This document shows, piece after piece, positions 43,145-53,045 of a DNA stretch of 64,000 bases (the first letter of the stretch is position 1; each line of letters starts with the position of its first letter). The notes beneath the pieces were generated by a model that saw only the letters and a program-made list of their open reading frames with translations, had not been told where the DNA came from and did no database searches. This DNA is from a virus. The position numbers and the translations under genes were made by a program. The stretch lies in the UHGV virus genome UHGV-1362809; one strand, written 5' to 3'.

Positions 43145-43425
43145 AAAGTTATAATATAAATGGCATAGTAAAAACTATTGAAGAATGGAAAAAGGATATT
43201 GCACCCCAAGTAAAAAAGCTGCACTTTGGTTGGAATGATGCCGATGTGCAAAGGGAAATGAAGAATTGGGACAAAACTATTGTGCATTTCTTTGAAAACT
43301 TAGACTGTGAGTATCCCTGTGACGACCAAGGTAATCTGTACAAAAGAGAAATTATTGTGGACGAACATAGGTATTATGATAGGTTAGAGGATATATCTCG
43401 TCTTATTGCAGATTGTATCATATAA
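43141..43425 (+). CDS. hypothetical protein (94 aa)
   Basis: ATG 43141 after aaggaggcttgga; ATGA overlap. Confidence 0.45.
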   Translation: MKSYNINGIVKTIEEWKKDIAPQVKKLHFGWNDADVQREMKNWDKTIVHFFENLDCEYPCDDQGNLYKREIIVDEHRYYDRLEDISRLIADCII

Positions 43426-43439
43426 GGGAGGAGATACTA

Positions 43440-43634
43440 ATGTATAAAGTGTTAGACCGTCTTATGTATAGTGTGGTCGGTAGAGGAGTATCTCAATCTA
43501 CTTGGGATAAAATGAGTTTACGAGATAAACAATCTTATCTAAGGAAGTATCGTAATTCCAAGTATAAACCCAAATATAAAAATTGGGTAATTCGTCCTTT
43601 TGCTGATATGTATAAATTTATTGAAAGTGTGTAA
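43440..43634 (+). CDS. N-terminal fragment of the GNAT-like paralogue (64 aa), frame 0
   Basis: ATG 43440 after aagggaggagatact; homologous to residues 1-65 of the 27973 gene. Confidence 0.4.
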   Translation: MYKVLDRLMYSVVGRGVSQSTWDKMSLRDKQSYLRKYRNSKYKPKYKNWVIRPFADMYKFIESV

Positions 43635-44127
43635 GCTTACACTCGCTCCAAAATATAGGTGGAGGGTAGACGATACGCATACTGTTGCGGACTATAATAA
43701 TGATAAATTGTTTTCCACAAAGGGTGGCAGTGTAGTAGCAGTAGACGCCGACGGTGATATTATTTCACTATGTAAAAATGATGGAGACCTTTATTTTGGG
43801 TCTGATATACTAAAAGTTGCTGTTAAGAATGGAGGTAAAAAGTTAGACGCCTATGGTGATAGTTTGTACGAGTTTTATACAAAAAATGGATTTAGACCTA
43901 TTTCTTGGACACCTTTTAATAAAGAGTACGCTCCTCACGATTGGGGAGAAGATTTTGGGGACAATCATCATATAATTTTTTATGTATATGACCCTAATTA
44001 TATTTGCACTAAAACATACGAGGAATTTTTGCAAAGTGTTCCATGTTGTAAATATAATGATGGTTATGAAAAGGCACGAAAAATAAGGGATGAATATCTC
44101 TTAACTATGGAGAATAATAATGGCTAA
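43600..44127 (+). CDS. C-terminal part of the GNAT-like paralogue (175 aa), +1 frame relative to 43440
   Basis: Homologous to residues ~58-192 of the 27973 gene (KNGGKKLDAYGDSLYEFYTKNGF); no ATG (TTG at 43600); overlaps the upstream fragment by 35 nt. Looks like a frameshifted single gene. Confidence 0.45.
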   Translation: MLICINLLKVCKLTLAPKYRWRVDDTHTVADYNNDKLFSTKGGSVVAVDADGDIISLCKNDGDLYFGSDILKVAVKNGGKKLDAYGDSLYEFYTKNGFRPISWTPFNKEYAPHDWGEDFGDNHHIIFYVYDPNYICTKTYEEFLQSVPCCKYNDGYEKARKIRDEYLLTMENNNG

Positions 44128-47100
44128 GGATTATAATGCCAATTCAATCAAAGTACTGGACTACCCCGTCTGTTGCCACGTTCGCCCAGGAATGTATATC
44201 GGCGATACAACGGCTCCCAAGGGTGGATACTGCGATGGTGTGTTGCAGTGTGTAAAAGAAGCTCTTGATAATGCGGTTGACGAGGCTTCAAACAAGTATT
44301 CTAATGTTGTCGGTTTTGTGGCACAAAAGGACGGTTCCTTTGTAATTTATGATACGGGACGTGGTATTCCTGTTGAAGTACACCCCAAGTTTAAAAAAGA
44401 AAAGAAGTCAACTTTGGAGGTTATTTTTACCGTGTTACACGCAGGCGGTAAAATGGACTCTTCCAATTATGATAAATCGGTCGGTCGTAACGGTTTGGGT
44501 ATTTCTGTCACAAATGCTTTAAGCTCTTGGTTTCGAGTTACAACGTGCAGGAATCGTAAATGGTATACCCAGTTGTACCAAGAGGGGTATGTTAAGTCTA
44601 AAGTGCGGACTACCGTAAATCCTTCTAAAAGATTGGGTATAAAAGTTTCTAAAGGCACAGTAATTGAATTTTTACCCTTGTCCAAGGTGTTTAAAGATAG
44701 TATCAAGTGCGATTTGTCTGCTGTTTTTAAATGGATGAAGTTTAGTCAATACCTACTTCCTGGGATTACATTCAAGTACGAAAATCGTCTAAAAGGTAAA
44801 AGTAAGGAATTTTGTTCCACCAAGGGCATCGAGGGATACCTTAATAAACTGTGTAAGGATATCGGTTCTGAGGATATTACTGACACTTTTACGCTAAGAT
44901 ATCCTACTATTGACTTGTCTCTTAAATGGGTAAAAAATGACGACTGTATCATAGAATCCTATGTAAATGGAAGCCCTACTCCTAACGGAGGTACACACGT
45001 CAATGGGTTGAAAAAAGCTCTTACTGCTTGCATTTCTAACTATTCCAAACGGTCAGACTCCTTTAAGCCCGACGATTTGTTAGAGGGACTGGTGTGCGTT
45101 TTAAACTACAAAATGGACGAACCCTTGTTCGATAGTCAGACCAAGACAAAGTTGGTAAACAAAGGTACGGTGGATGATTTACCTGCTGAGATTGAAAAAG
45201 ATTTGACTAAGTGGGGCAGAGCTAATAAACAGGCATTATTGGAGATTATTCAACGTGCTAACGATATTAGGGGTGCAAAATTACAGTTTGAACAGGCTCG
45301 TAAGGCTATTGCAGCTGTTAAGGGTAAACGAGGTAAATCGTCGCTTCCCCCTTCTTCCAAATTTTCAGTTTCCACGACCAAAAATGCAAAGGATAGAGAA
45401 CTTTACATCGTGGAAGGTTTGAGTGCGGCAGGTACGGCTAAAGCAGCTAAGGATCACCATTATCAGGAGTCGTTGGCTCTTCGTGGTAAATTTCTTAATG
45501 CTGAAAAAACAACTGCAAGTCGTTTGTTTGAAAGTGATGAAGTGCTTAATATACTTAAAGCGATTGGGTATAATTCTGACGATAAATCTATAACCTATCG
45601 TGTCGGTAAAGTAATTATGTTGAGCGATGAGGATGATGATGGTTGCTTGGATGGTAACACCCGTATTTTGACTTTGGACGGTAAAAATCCAAAAATTAAA
45701 ACTTTGGTGAAGCAGTATGAAAAGGATAAGAACCCTATTGAAGTATATTCAGTAGATAAAGATGGTAATTTGGTAGTAGGAAAAGCTATTGAACCTCGTG
45801 TAACTAGAACTGTCAACAAAATGATTAAACTAACTTTTGACAACGGTTCTACGGTTTTGTGTACGCTTAACCATAAGTGGCTTATAAATAATCCTTCTAG
45901 GAAAGATGATAGAGTTATTTGGAAAGATGGTTTGGGGTATATACAAGCTAAGGACTTAAAGGAAACAGATAGTATTCGTAGCGTGTATCTTGAAAATAGA
46001 CATTCAGATGGGTCTTTTGTTTCTAATAGATATAAGTGTATTATAAATGCTTCCTCACAGGGAAAATACTGTGATAGAGATACTATGCCTGTGCATCAAT
46101 GGGTTAAATGTTGTGAGCAAAAAGGTTGGAAAAAATATAGAAAGGCTGGTAGGGGTATAGCTATACATCATATAGACGAAAACCCACAAAATAATTGCTC
46201 GAGTAATTTAAAGTATTTAACCCAAGCGGAGCATGGTAAGTTGCATATAAAGGAGCAGTGTGAAAAATATAATGGGTCTCAAAAACAGAAAGATGATTTA
46301 GCTAAAAACTGGGCTAACGGTGTTTATGATAAGATAAAGGATACTATTATTATATATAATAGATCAAAAAAACACAGAAAGCTGGTAAGTAAAATGAATG
46401 GAGATAAGAACCAATGCTTCAGACAGGCTATGGGAAAATTAAAGAACTATTATTTAACATTGAAGCATAACCACATAAAGGTAAATAGAGATAATTGGAA
46501 TCTCTATGTGGGTAAAAAGGGAATAGGTGGTGTTATGACTTGGGAGCTCTTTCATTCTAAAGGTATAAAGTTAAAAGATATTAAAACTTTTACTAATATG
46601 AGAGAAAGTGTCCGGTTGTACAAGTTATCTACTGTGAAAAACTGTTATCCTACTCAAAAACTTACAAAGTTTGAGTCTTTTTGTGACTATTTAAAGTCCA
46701 AGGGGTTGTCCGTTAATAAAGCTACATATAATAAGATAAGGATAAAGCTTATTCGTAAAAAGAAACTTTCTCAAGGGACGCCTAAATGGGAAACAATAAA
46801 GAACCATAAAATTGTTAAAAAGGAAGTTATTAATTCCGAACAGGAAGTTTATTGTATGACTGTTCCTGATTATGGTAACTTTATGGTGGCGGATAAGTAT
46901 GGTAACGGAATTGGTAGTAGCAATAGTCATATTGATACTTTGGTTTGTACATTGCTACAAAAGTTATGTCCTGATTTAATTGAAAAGGGTATGCTGTACA
47001 AGGTAAAGGCACCTTTATTCGTTGGGAGAACTGACTCTACCCAATATTATGGTGCTAGTATGAATGACCTAAAACGGCAGTATAAAGGAAAGTTTAAGTC

Positions 47101-47281
47101 TATTACCCGTATCAAAGGTTGGGGAGAAGCCAGTGCATCTTTGTTAAGAGAAGTTGCCTTCGACCCTGCTACCCGTAAACTAATTCAAATAAAACAGAGC
47201 GACAAAAAGGGTATACAACAGGCTAAGAAACTTTTGGGTGACGACATCGAAGCTCGTAGACAGTTGTTAAGTGAGGAATAA
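44120..47281 (+). CDS. type II DNA topoisomerase large subunit (GyrB-like ATPase plus Toprim; T4 gp39/gp60-like) interrupted by an intein
   Basis: GyrB blocks RPGMYIGDT, LDNAVDEA, LHAGGKMD, GRNGLGISV, ELYIVEGLSAAGTAK. DEDDDG | CLDGNTRIL... ...GIGSSN | SHIDTLVCTLL: the extein junction recreates the canonical DxDxDGSHI Toprim motif. The intein (45644-46924, 427 aa) contains an HNH motif (HHID...N...H). Confidence 0.85.
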   Translation: MAKDYNANSIKVLDYPVCCHVRPGMYIGDTTAPKGGYCDGVLQCVKEALDNAVDEASNKYSNVVGFVAQKDGSFVIYDTGRGIPVEVHPKFKKEKKSTLEVIFTVLHAGGKMDSSNYDKSVGRNGLGISVTNALSSWFRVTTCRNRKWYTQLYQEGYVKSKVRTTVNPSKRLGIKVSKGTVIEFLPLSKVFKDSIKCDLSAVFKWMKFSQYLLPGITFKYENRLKGKSKEFCSTKGIEGYLNKLCKDIGSEDITDTFTLRYPTIDLSLKWVKNDDCIIESYVNGSPTPNGGTHVNGLKKALTACISNYSKRSDSFKPDDLLEGLVCVLNYKMDEPLFDSQTKTKLVNKGTVDDLPAEIEKDLTKWGRANKQALLEIIQRANDIRGAKLQFEQARKAIAAVKGKRGKSSLPPSSKFSVSTTKNAKDRELYIVEGLSAAGTAKAAKDHHYQESLALRGKFLNAEKTTASRLFESDEVLNILKAIGYNSDDKSITYRVGKVIMLSDEDDDGCLDGNTRILTLDGKNPKIKTLVKQYEKDKNPIEVYSVDKDGNLVVGKAIEPRVTRTVNKMIKLTFDNGSTVLCTLNHKWLINNPSRKDDRVIWKDGLGYIQAKDLKETDSIRSVYLENRHSDGSFVSNRYKCIINASSQGKYCDRDTMPVHQWVKCCEQKGWKKYRKAGRGIAIHHIDENPQNNCSSNLKYLTQAEHGKLHIKEQCEKYNGSQKQKDDLAKNWANGVYDKIKDTIIIYNRSKKHRKLVSKMNGDKNQCFRQAMGKLKNYYLTLKHNHIKVNRDNWNLYVGKKGIGGVMTWELFHSKGIKLKDIKTFTNMRESVRLYKLSTVKNCYPTQKLTKFESFCDYLKSKGLSVNKATYNKIRIKLIRKKKLSQGTPKWETIKNHKIVKKEVINSEQEVYCMTVPDYGNFMVADKYGNGIGSSNSHIDTLVCTLLQKLCPDLIEKGMLYKVKAPLFVGRTDSTQYYGASMNDLKRQYKGKFKSITRIKGWGEASASLLREVAFDPATRKLIQIKQSDKKGIQQAKKLLGDDIEARRQLLSEE
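45644..46924 (+). mobile_element. intein 1 (Cys1 ... Asn, followed by Ser) with HNH homing-endonuclease domain, inside the topoisomerase ATPase/Toprim subunit
   Basis: In-frame 1281-nt insert beginning CLDGNTRILTLDG and ending GNGIGSSN before SHI; interrupts the conserved DxDxDGSHI motif. Confidence 0.75.
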
Positions 47282-47282
47282 A

Positions 47283-49763
47283 ATGAAAAAAGCACAGAAT
47301 GTTATCACAGATTATAATTCCTTTGTTAGAAGCAGTTATAAAAGGTATGCAATTAGTGTATTGAGCGACCGTGCGTTACCAGATTTTCGTGACGGTTTGA
47401 AGCCCGTTCAGAGAAAAATGTTGTGGACTGCCTATAAACTTGGTCTACATAATAACAAGGCTTTTACAAAATGTACGAATATTACTGGTAATTTGATGGC
47501 TCGTTTTTCCCCGCACTGTTTAGACGGTAATACTCAAATACCGTTATTAAACGGGGAAAAAATTAAATTAAAGGATATGGATTATAATAAAGTTTATGAT
47601 GTTCTTTCAGTTGACGAAAGCGGTAAAATAGTTGCTGCTAAGCTTTCAAAGGCTCGTAAAGGTAAAATTGTTGATAAAGAATATCATATCGTATTGTCCA
47701 ATGGTACAGTACTACCTTATTGTTCCAACAATCACCAGTTTTATATGGGTAATTCCACTTGGAAGAGGGCAGACGAAATACAGGTTGGAGATGAAGTGTA
47801 TGGAGGGACTTGGCTCTTTGAACAGGATTATTGTCCTATCGTAAGTTATTCTTCAAATAGTAAAAATACGAGAAGAACTGGAGTACATAGAATAGTTGAC
47901 TTCACTTACAGAGGTATTCTAAATAAAACTAATGAGAATACTGGGGATAAGTTACAAGTTCATCATAAGGACTTAAATACCCGTAATAATTTAATATCTA
48001 ACTTGAAAAGACTATCTTATAATGACCACATGAGATTACACAGTAGTTCTGGAGGTAATACTGTTAATGAAGTATTAAGGTCTTCAAAACGAGTAGTAAA
48101 AGCTAATAAGGAAAAAAATTCCTTTTTACTCTCAAGTTATAATAAATACAGATGGTTATATGTAGCCATTAAAGCAGTTAAAATTTTAAAGGAGAATAAA
48201 CTTCCCCTTACATGGAAAAACTATGATAGTTTAAGAACTAAGATACGAGGTTTGACCCTAAAGACCACGTTGCTTGAAAGGGGTTGGGATTTAAAAAGAC
48301 TATACAAAGAAAGAAATTGGACTTTTGATAAAACACCAATTCTTGGAAAAGTAACAAGAGCCTTATTAGGAAATAATAAACGACATCCCTATGAAGGAAA
48401 AGGCTACGGTTGGAGTAAAGGTTTAAGTCATAATTGGAATAACAGTAACATTAAACCAAAACTCTATGTAAAAGAAATAATAGTTAAAAAAGTAAAAAGA
48501 AAACAACTCTATGACTTTACTGTTAAAAAGCATCAAAATGTTTTGATTATTTTGGGAGATAACAAGACGTTTATTTGTGCCCATAATAGTGATGCCTATG
48601 GGGTGCTGGTTAATTTGACTGGTAATAGCGTAAAATTCAATCTTTTTGAAGGAAACGGGAACTTTGGTAACTACATTGACGAAGCTGCCGCACCCCGTTA
48701 TACGGAAGCCAAATTAAGTAAGTATAGCGACGACTTTTTGTTGAATCAGAACTATTTGGAAGTGTGTAAAATGCTTCCAAACTATTTGGACACCGAGGAA
48801 GAACCTATGTTGTTACCCTCCTTGTTGCCTGTGTTGTTTTTGATTGGATGTCAAGGTATTGCGGTAGGTTATAAAACTGAAATTCCAACCTTTACTCTTA
48901 AGTCTCTTATAAAAGTTGTCAAAAAAGGGTTGGTCAAAAAACTAAAAAGTAAGGATTTACTGTGTTTAGAGTTTGATGACATCTATAACGCTCAGTATGT
49001 TGGGACTGACCAGCAGTTGTTGGATTATTATACTTCTGGTAAGGCAGCCCTACCTTTTAATGTATTCTATAAATTGGATAGCACTAAATCATTTACTATC
49101 AATTCTATCATAGGAAATGGGGAAACTATGATTAACAAGATAGAATCTGACGATAGGGTTTATCAAGTAAATGATTTGACAAGTGGCAACGACATCAAAA
49201 TACAAGTTGTGTTGAAGCCTTCTATAGCCAGTAAGGACGTGAAAAATGTAGCTGCTGATATTGTGGCTAAGTTAAAAATAAATAGAATATTTATTACAAA
49301 CGTTATCAAAAGAGTTGTTACTGAACAAAAGGACGGAGACCATACGTTTTATGACGAGGGTGCGGTCTTAAAAGAGTCTAACCCAGTTGACTTGCTCAAC
49401 GAATGGATTAAATGGCGTGTTGAACTTGAAGTAAAGATGCTTAACAACCAAGTATCTAAGACAAATGACAAGGTAAACCAGTTGGAGTTTTATCGTTATT
49501 TAATTTCTAAATTAGATATTATCTTTAAAGTACTCAAATCGAAAACAAATGATTTGAAGGGAGCGATGAAGAAGGCTCTTAAGTGTACCGATGACCAAGC
49601 TCAAACGGTGTTAGATATGCCTGTTAGACGGCTGAGTAAATTGAGCGACGACGAGTTAAAGGGACAAATTAAGGACTTACAGCAGTATTCAAAGGACTGT
49701 AAAAAATGGTTGAAAAAACCACAAGATAAAATTTTGCAAGATTTGAACAAGGTAAAGGTGTGA
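47283..49763 (+). CDS. type II DNA topoisomerase DNA-cleavage subunit (GyrA-like; T4 gp52-like) interrupted by an intein
   Basis: RYAISVLSDRALPDFRDGLKPVQRKML (GyrA signature); ...MARFSPH | CLDGNTQIPL... ...FICAHN | SDAYGVLVNL...GNGNFG: extein junction recreates the HPHG(D)SAVY...GNFG block. ATG 47283 (gaggaataaa) preferred over 47271. Confidence 0.85.
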   Translation: MKKAQNVITDYNSFVRSSYKRYAISVLSDRALPDFRDGLKPVQRKMLWTAYKLGLHNNKAFTKCTNITGNLMARFSPHCLDGNTQIPLLNGEKIKLKDMDYNKVYDVLSVDESGKIVAAKLSKARKGKIVDKEYHIVLSNGTVLPYCSNNHQFYMGNSTWKRADEIQVGDEVYGGTWLFEQDYCPIVSYSSNSKNTRRTGVHRIVDFTYRGILNKTNENTGDKLQVHHKDLNTRNNLISNLKRLSYNDHMRLHSSSGGNTVNEVLRSSKRVVKANKEKNSFLLSSYNKYRWLYVAIKAVKILKENKLPLTWKNYDSLRTKIRGLTLKTTLLERGWDLKRLYKERNWTFDKTPILGKVTRALLGNNKRHPYEGKGYGWSKGLSHNWNNSNIKPKLYVKEIIVKKVKRKQLYDFTVKKHQNVLIILGDNKTFICAHNSDAYGVLVNLTGNSVKFNLFEGNGNFGNYIDEAAAPRYTEAKLSKYSDDFLLNQNYLEVCKMLPNYLDTEEEPMLLPSLLPVLFLIGCQGIAVGYKTEIPTFTLKSLIKVVKKGLVKKLKSKDLLCLEFDDIYNAQYVGTDQQLLDYYTSGKAALPFNVFYKLDSTKSFTINSIIGNGETMINKIESDDRVYQVNDLTSGNDIKIQVVLKPSIASKDVKNVAADIVAKLKINRIFITNVIKRVVTEQKDGDHTFYDEGAVLKESNPVDLLNEWIKWRVELEVKMLNNQVSKTNDKVNQLEFYRYLISKLDIIFKVLKSKTNDLKGAMKKALKCTDDQAQTVLDMPVRRLSKLSDDELKGQIKDLQQYSKDCKKWLKKPQDKILQDLNKVKV
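47517..48587 (+). mobile_element. intein 2 (Cys1 ... His-Asn, followed by Ser) with HNH-like motif, inside the GyrA-like subunit
   Basis: In-frame 1071-nt insert beginning CLDGNTQIPLLNG (same N-terminal block as intein 1) and ending ICAHN; contains HHKDLNTRNN...HMRLH. Confidence 0.7.
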
Positions 49764-49764
49764 C

Positions 49765-50097
49765 ATGAATGTAAAAGAACAACAAGAAAATCTTATTGAA
49801 CAATTAGCTGATGCCTTAAATAAATATGATGGCATCGACGCGGATATTAACTACGTTGCTGAGGAGGGTAAAGGCACTATTATATTTTATGTAGAAAATA
49901 TGGAACATCTAAGGCAGTTTTGTACTGATGTAAAAGACGCTTTGAGTGCCGTTTTTGTTATCAGCTATTTATACTACGATGACACTGAGACTGATAAACT
50001 TGGTTTTGCTCTTGAGCCTAAGTGTCGTAATCCAAAGGTTTTTGAGGAATCTGTAAATAACCTTATAAATGCAATAAAAAAGGTGACGGAGAAATAA
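49765..50097 (+). CDS. hypothetical protein (110 aa)
   Basis: ORF. Confidence 0.45.
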   Translation: MNVKEQQENLIEQLADALNKYDGIDADINYVAEEGKGTIIFYVENMEHLRQFCTDVKDALSAVFVISYLYYDDTETDKLGFALEPKCRNPKVFEESVNNLINAIKKVTEK

Positions 50098-50703
50098 ATG
50101 CAATATGATGAAGAACGTGTGACAAGTGCGGCTGAGAATATTATACAGGCATGTGAACGTTATGTCACGAATACTGTATATGTAGGTTCCGCAGGAAATA
50201 CTATTTTTATTAATTCTAAGGCGAAGGGGTCTTTTCGATTATTAGAAGATACTCCTGAATTTGTGCGGGAGGTAATTGTAAAAATATTTCAGCAATTTGA
50301 TGTTGTTGCTCCTGTAGAGTTAGAAAATAAATATATAACACTTCCCTTTGAGTTTGAAGACTCAATTAATACGCTTGTTAGTGCATCTACCTCTTGTTTG
50401 CAAAGTCTGCGTAATGATTGTTATCTTAATCTGCACAGTTTTAAAAGACGGTTATGTTGCATAGATGAGATATTAAAATCTCGTAAGAAGGAACCAAAGC
50501 CTGTGGAAGACCTATTTCCTATATTGAAACAGGGTTACGTGGCTATGAATAAAGACTGTATTTGGTATTGGTTTGAAAATTCTCCTGAGTTGCAGAGCTT
50601 TGGTGTTTGGCAGGATCCAGAGCAGGGTAAAGTATGTAGTTTATCTTGTTTCTGTTTATTGTCCGTGGACGATTACAAAACATCTAAACGTTGTATAGAT
50701 TAA
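50098..50703 (+). CDS. hypothetical protein (201 aa)
   Basis: TAAATG junction. Confidence 0.5.
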   Translation: MQYDEERVTSAAENIIQACERYVTNTVYVGSAGNTIFINSKAKGSFRLLEDTPEFVREVIVKIFQQFDVVAPVELENKYITLPFEFEDSINTLVSASTSCLQSLRNDCYLNLHSFKRRLCCIDEILKSRKKEPKPVEDLFPILKQGYVAMNKDCIWYWFENSPELQSFGVWQDPEQGKVCSLSCFCLLSVDDYKTSKRCID

Positions 50704-50713
50704 GGAGGTTCGT

Positions 50714-51109
50714 ATGCAACCCTATTATTTGACGGAAAAAGACCTTGAGAGTAAGTATGGTACTTATGGTATTGTGCGTAAGGAGGAGATTATTAAATAT
50801 GTGGACATAGCGTTTGACCACGGAAGAGCCTCCTTAGTAATACGGTTGTACAATATGTGCTGTTATTCTGGGTTTGTTTGTACTGTTTCCTTAGGTACTC
50901 AACTTGAAGACTTACGGAGATTTGTTGACCTCGGTGACGATAAAGGGTTGGATGATTTTTCCGATAAATTTTTGACAGTTGTGTACAAAAAAGTAATGGG
51001 AAGAGATGAAGAATATCCTATAGCCATAGGTGATAGCGTTAAGGATATATACGTTGACATCGTAGATTGGTGTGGTGAAATTACTCATAGCATAAGAGGT
51101 GGGAAATGA
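50714..51109 (+). CDS. hypothetical protein (131 aa)
   Basis: RBS taaggaggttcgt-ATG. Confidence 0.5.
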   Translation: MQPYYLTEKDLESKYGTYGIVRKEEIIKYVDIAFDHGRASLVIRLYNMCCYSGFVCTVSLGTQLEDLRRFVDLGDDKGLDDFSDKFLTVVYKKVMGRDEEYPIAIGDSVKDIYVDIVDWCGEITHSIRGGK

Positions 51110-51507
51110 AAATTCAGATATACACTAAAAAAGCTATTGAAGAACTACATAAACTTGATGAAGAAAGAGAACGTAAAGAGTTAATTTCCTATAGTAGTAA
51201 GGTAGCGGCACAACAAGTAGCAATACTTAGGCACGTAATTCCTTCATATTTGGCTTGTTTGCATCAGGCTCACAATCATACTTGGGATCATGATTTGTGT
51301 AATTCTATTATTTCTATTTTAGTAGAAATGAATAGTCCTATTCCTAATAAGTCAATTATATTAGCTCTAAAAACTTTAATATCAAAAGTAAATGTATTAG
51401 CTTCTAATTGTGATGAAGAATATAATCAAGTATTGATGTTAATGCGTTCCAATTTTGTTAGTTCTCTGTTTGAGCTAGATTGTGCTATGAAAAATATGGA
51501 GGGTTGA
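51106..51507 (+). CDS. hypothetical protein (133 aa)
   Basis: ATGA overlap. Confidence 0.45.
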   Translation: MKIQIYTKKAIEELHKLDEERERKELISYSSKVAAQQVAILRHVIPSYLACLHQAHNHTWDHDLCNSIISILVEMNSPIPNKSIILALKTLISKVNVLASNCDEEYNQVLMLMRSNFVSSLFELDCAMKNMEG

Positions 51508-51569
51508 TTTCAATAAACTTAAATATGAGAAATCTTTTAATAGAACTAATGGTTGCATGGAGTAAATAA

Positions 51570-51929
51570 ATGAAAGTACTGTTTGAAGATAAAGACATCG
51601 ACACACTGGATATGGATGACTTTAGAGTGGTAGATATAGTTGAGCTCTCATATATTGAGGGTTTAAAAGAAGGAGACGCTTTTGGTTGCGGCACCATAAC
51701 TGTTGGTGAATGGAATAGCTGGTCGGAAGATAAAAAGTCCAAGTTTATAACTTTGAGAAGGTATCCTGTTCAAAAGTTCAAGGTAGTAGGCGACTCTACT
51801 GCTCTTGGGGTTAAGCACGACATCAAAACAGATAAGTATTTTTTGCGTGGTGTTATTCGTACAGGTAAGGAATTTGATAGCATCGACTTTATTGAACCAA
51901 GGCATGTAGAATATGAAAAAGCAAGCTAA
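51570..51929 (+). CDS. hypothetical protein (119 aa)
   Basis: ORF. Confidence 0.45.
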   Translation: MKVLFEDKDIDTLDMDDFRVVDIVELSYIEGLKEGDAFGCGTITVGEWNSWSEDKKSKFITLRRYPVQKFKVVGDSTALGVKHDIKTDKYFLRGVIRTGKEFDSIDFIEPRHVEYEKAS

Positions 51930-52081
51930 AATTCCTGAATTAACTGAAGTCCAAGTGAAACAGTTATATGTTGACCCAGAGGAATATCCTGTATATAAGG
52001 TATCCAAAAAGTGTTTAGAGGATAACAAGTTAGAAGGTAAACCTCCCACTTGGAACCCTTGGGATTATTATCCTATGTAAT
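51911..52081 (+). CDS. hypothetical protein (56 aa)
   Basis: ATG 51911 overlapping the previous gene end; below the ORF-track cutoff. Confidence 0.3.
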
Positions 52082-52092
52082 AGGAGGACGTT

Positions 52093-52365
52093 ATGAAACT
52101 GGTGCGAGTTGTAAAAGATGGTGTGAATAAGATTGCTTTTGAAATGACCTCAAAGCAAAAACGTAGAGTAAACAAATGTAAAGCTACTTTGCACAAAGGT
52201 ATGTTGGTAGAGAAATTAGGATTGGATTACTGCCATCAGCGTACTGGTATTTCCAGACGCCACCTTACCCATTTATTGCACGGGTATAACTTACTAACAA
52301 AGCGCGAGAGTGTAAAGTTAGATAGTTTTATAGAAAAGGAGGCTAAAAATGGACACCTTATATAA
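52093..52365 (+). CDS. hypothetical protein (90 aa)
   Basis: RBS taggaggacgtt-ATG. Confidence 0.45.
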   Translation: MKLVRVVKDGVNKIAFEMTSKQKRRVNKCKATLHKGMLVEKLGLDYCHQRTGISRRHLTHLLHGYNLLTKRESVKLDSFIEKEAKNGHLI

Positions 52366-52945
52366 CATACCTTCTACTTTAGAGGATTCCTTGATAAAAT
52401 TGTTTGAGGATACCCAGTATTCAATGGCTCTTAAAGAATCCTCGGATAAACTTTCCTCTATATGCAATAATAGAGTTGTATTGCCCATTAATGATTGCTG
52501 TCTTAAAGTATGTCCAAACTGTAGTAGTTTTATTAAAGAATACTTTGACCAATGTCCAAAATGTGGATACAAGCATTTACACAAACAGCCAAAACCCGTA
52601 GACCAGTTTAGTTATCCTTTGCGTGTAAAACAGTCTATCAATTACAATTATTTGTTCTTGTACAAGGAGTTATGCAGGTATAGTTCTAATACTGAAATGA
52701 ATATAAAGGCAATAAATAGTTGGGTGCAGGGTAAATATCCTACGAATTTGTTGCTGGATATACTGTTTTGCAAAGCATTGTATCACTTGCGGTTTAGAGT
52801 TACTGGGTTCAAGTGGTGTCCTTATTATTATAAAGACGGAGAACCAAAGGTTAAAAAAGATGCCTTACAGGATTGGTTTCAACTAAAATACTCTAAAAAG
52901 AAATGGTATCTCATATATCAAGGTATCAAAACAAAGTACGAATAA
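52349..52945 (+). CDS. hypothetical protein with zinc ribbon (198 aa)
   Basis: CPNCSSFIKEYFDQCPKCGY. Confidence 0.5.
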   Translation: MDTLYNIPSTLEDSLIKLFEDTQYSMALKESSDKLSSICNNRVVLPINDCCLKVCPNCSSFIKEYFDQCPKCGYKHLHKQPKPVDQFSYPLRVKQSINYNYLFLYKELCRYSSNTEMNIKAINSWVQGKYPTNLLLDILFCKALYHLRFRVTGFKWCPYYYKDGEPKVKKDALQDWFQLKYSKKKWYLIYQGIKTKYE

Positions 52946-53045
52946 TTTTTAATATATATTGTTACTTGGTTGGTACATAGGTATCTAACGCTAAAGAAAA
53001 CAAGTGGAGTGTATATTTTTACACGTTTGATATAGGAGAATACAA

